Source: an uncultured Candidatus Saccharibacteria bacterium (GTDB taxonomy: Bacteria > Patescibacteriota > Minisyncoccia > UBA6257 > 2-01-FULL-56-20). Taken from it: 64,000 bases of DNA. Position 1 is the first letter of the stretch; the number at the start of each line of letters is the position of its first letter. The stretch covers positions 15,366-79,365 of the forward strand of contig CAYHXC010000004.1 of assembly GCA_964360585.1 (NCBI GenBank), in the 5' to 3' direction. Shown here one piece after another: positions 62,490 to 64,000 of the stretch. Below the pieces are notes generated by a model. It ran no database searches, was not told the origin of the DNA, and saw only the letters and a list, made by a program, of their open reading frames with translations. Both the position numbers and the translations under genes were made by a program.

Positions 62490-62795
62490 TGTCCCCATTA
62501 GGAAGGCTCAGCATTCCTAGCTCGACCCCTAAAAAGTAAAACCGAACATGGATGCTCGGTTTTGTTCTCTCGGCATTCCCACCAGGAAGGCTGCGCATTC
62601 CTGGCCCAACTCCTCAAAAACAAAACCGAACATACATGCTCGGTTTTGCTCTCTCGGCGTTCCCACCAGGAATCGAACCTGGGTCTACTCCTTACCTGCC
62701 CGCCATTGCCTGCGCCCTCGGTAGGAAGGACAATCATTCCTACCTTGCCATCTCAAAAGAAAAACGAAGCGTGCCGCTTGATTTCTCTCTCTCGG
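62490..62795 (-). repeat. three ~84-bp tRNA-3'-associated units (62490-62573, 62574-62657, 62713-62795)
   Basis: each: CCGAGAG start, hairpin, AGGAATG...TTCCT, then a tRNA-like 3' end. Confidence 0.8.
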
Positions 62796-62918
62796 TGCCC
62801 TCGGTAGGAATCGAACCTACGTCTAGAGCTTAGAAGGCTCCTATTCTTTCCACTGAACTACGAGGGCAATTCTGGCAGGCGGGGAAGGGAGTCGTTTTAT
62901 CCATTAAACTATGGGGAC
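62658..62918 (-). pseudogene. split tRNA-Arg(TCT): 5' half 62884-62918, 3' half 62658-62694, 189-bp insert in the anticodon
   Basis: joined halves give a 72-nt cloverleaf with ACTCC-CTTC|TAA-GGAGT arm. Confidence 0.8.
62796..62867 (-). tRNA. tRNA-Arg(TCT), nested inside the split tRNA
   Basis: GGAGC-CTTCTAA-GCTCT arm, GTTCGATTC, paired acceptor stem. Confidence 0.92.
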
Positions 62919-63089
62919 TAAATGGATTTCGATTGATTCTATCGCAGAAATCAGATAACTTAAAGGGGCGTTCGGATGGTTATTTCGAAAACACAGATAT
63001 AATTCTGACTGAATTATTCCTATGCTCGGACCGTCGTCCTCCGCAGTGTTTTCTCAATAAATCCTCACTAGGGTTTTACGTAAGGTAGG

Positions 63090-63160
63090 CGGGGTGTAGT
63101 ATACCGGTAGTACGCCTGCTTTGGGAGCAGGTAGACCGAGTTCAATTCTCGGCACCCCGA
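63090..63160 (+). tRNA. tRNA-Pro(TGG)
   Basis: CCTGC-TTTGGGA-GCAGG arm, CGGGGTG/CACCCCG acceptor. Confidence 0.92.
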
Positions 63161-63402
63161 CTGAACGAAGTGAAGGAGGGGATGAGCGCGCAAACTGCTT
63201 TGCGCGCGTCCGGAATCGAAGCCCGCAGAGATGTGATTCGCAGTAGCGGATCACCACGAGGGGCTAGCCTAATGCCGAGTCGAGTGACTGACGACCTGCC
63301 GGCAGGCAGGCAGGGAAGAGGATAGGAGGCGATTCCCGGCTGTGCCCTTCCGTAGTTTTAACAAAGGAGGGCAGTCCGACAAGTAGTGATAAGGAGAGGG
63401 TT

Positions 63403-63474
63403 GGACGGTTAGCTCAGTGGTAGAGCATCTGCTTTACACGCAGAGGGTCGCGGGTTCAAATCCTGCACCGTCCA
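63403..63474 (+). tRNA. tRNA-Val(TAC)
   Basis: TCTGC-TTTACAC-GCAGA arm, GTTCAAATC. Confidence 0.94.
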
Positions 63475-63516
63475 CAGATTAGAACACTTGAATATTTCGT
63501 ATGTTATAATCTTTCT

Positions 63517-63885
63517 ATGAGAGAAGAGGTGGAAAGAGGTTTTATTGAAGCTAAAATTAATCTGGGTCCAGATCAAGCGCCACATTTTCACGAAGGAGAA
63601 CTTGGCGAGGTCTTAAATGATATTCGAGAAAAGTGCCCGACATTAGCAGAAATTCTTGAAAACCTTTCTGATAAAGAAGTGGTATTGTTAGAATGGGCCT
63701 TTAATTACGAAAGCGTTGGATTTAGAGATTTGCGAAGAATCGAAGAGGGCGACCCACTGATCGACGAATTGAATAAATGGCATGCCATAACTGATAAAGA
63801 ATTGAAAAAGAAAGATGCTCGACAACTAGCAAGATACATTTACGATCCGCGGCTTTTGAAAACACAGTCTTTCAAAGACGAGTAG
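63517..63885 (+). CDS. hypothetical protein
   Basis: TTGAAT...TATAAT just upstream; 122-aa ORF. Confidence 0.55.
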   Translation: MREEVERGFIEAKINLGPDQAPHFHEGELGEVLNDIREKCPTLAEILENLSDKEVVLLEWAFNYESVGFRDLRRIEEGDPLIDELNKWHAITDKELKKKDARQLARYIYDPRLLKTQSFKDE

Positions 63886-64000
63886 GCTCGGGGCTCCCTG
63901 CCCGCGCTCCGTCGGCCAAAGCCTTTGGCGGCGTGAGACCGAAACTTTACTTGTCCGGCGAAGCTTTAGCGAAGTTGGAGTGAAGGCGGGGATCCCTCGA

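Noticed and set aside
62490-62795. CRISPR array
   Set aside because: Units are ~84 bp, similar throughout and tRNA-derived; no unique spacers or cas genes.
62695-62883. Group I intron in tRNA
   Set aside because: Insert is almost fully occupied by a tRNA and a repeat unit; no catalytic core visible and the 5' exon ends in C.
212-63591. Numerous antisense or overlapping ORFs in the track (e.g. 7790-8425, 23052-23657, 34716-35375, 46810-47289)
   Set aside because: Shadows of well-supported genes, tRNAs or repeats, with no recognisable motifs.
1-64000. Alternative genetic code (UGA=Gly)
   Set aside because: Conserved genes are full-length in the standard bacterial code and ruvB and polA end in TGA.

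Overview
Chromosomal segment of a probable Patescibacteria (CPR, Parcubacteria-like) genome. This is inferred from housekeeping genes (ruvA, ruvB, polA, mutM, holA, rpsT, rpsA, gyrA, tsaE) mixed with many small solo hypothetical genes, an array of VirB2/TrbC-like pilins, DUF5666/DUF5667 proteins and dispersed palindromic repeats. Main observations: (1) A 9,880-bp GC-richer island bounded by the direct repeat GGAGATGC (12625-12632 / 22505-22512). Excising it in silico restores, in frame, both a split host gene and the island's own split nuclease-like gene, so it looks like an integrated circle. It carries a Xer-like recombinase with a dif-like site, ParDE, nuclease-like genes and a PEP-CTERM-type gene. 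(2) A tRNA-Arg(UCU) interrupted in its anticodon by a palindrome-bounded insert that contains a second, intact tRNA-Arg(UCU), with three ~84-bp tRNA-3'-mimicking repeat units nearby. (3) An ORF-free, highly base-paired ~270-nt candidate ncRNA behind a perfect sigma70 promoter. (4) An orphan pilin gene with a frameshift at G_GGT_TTT. (5) In-frame palindromic insertions in coding genes. All calls are from visual motif recognition; no searches were run.
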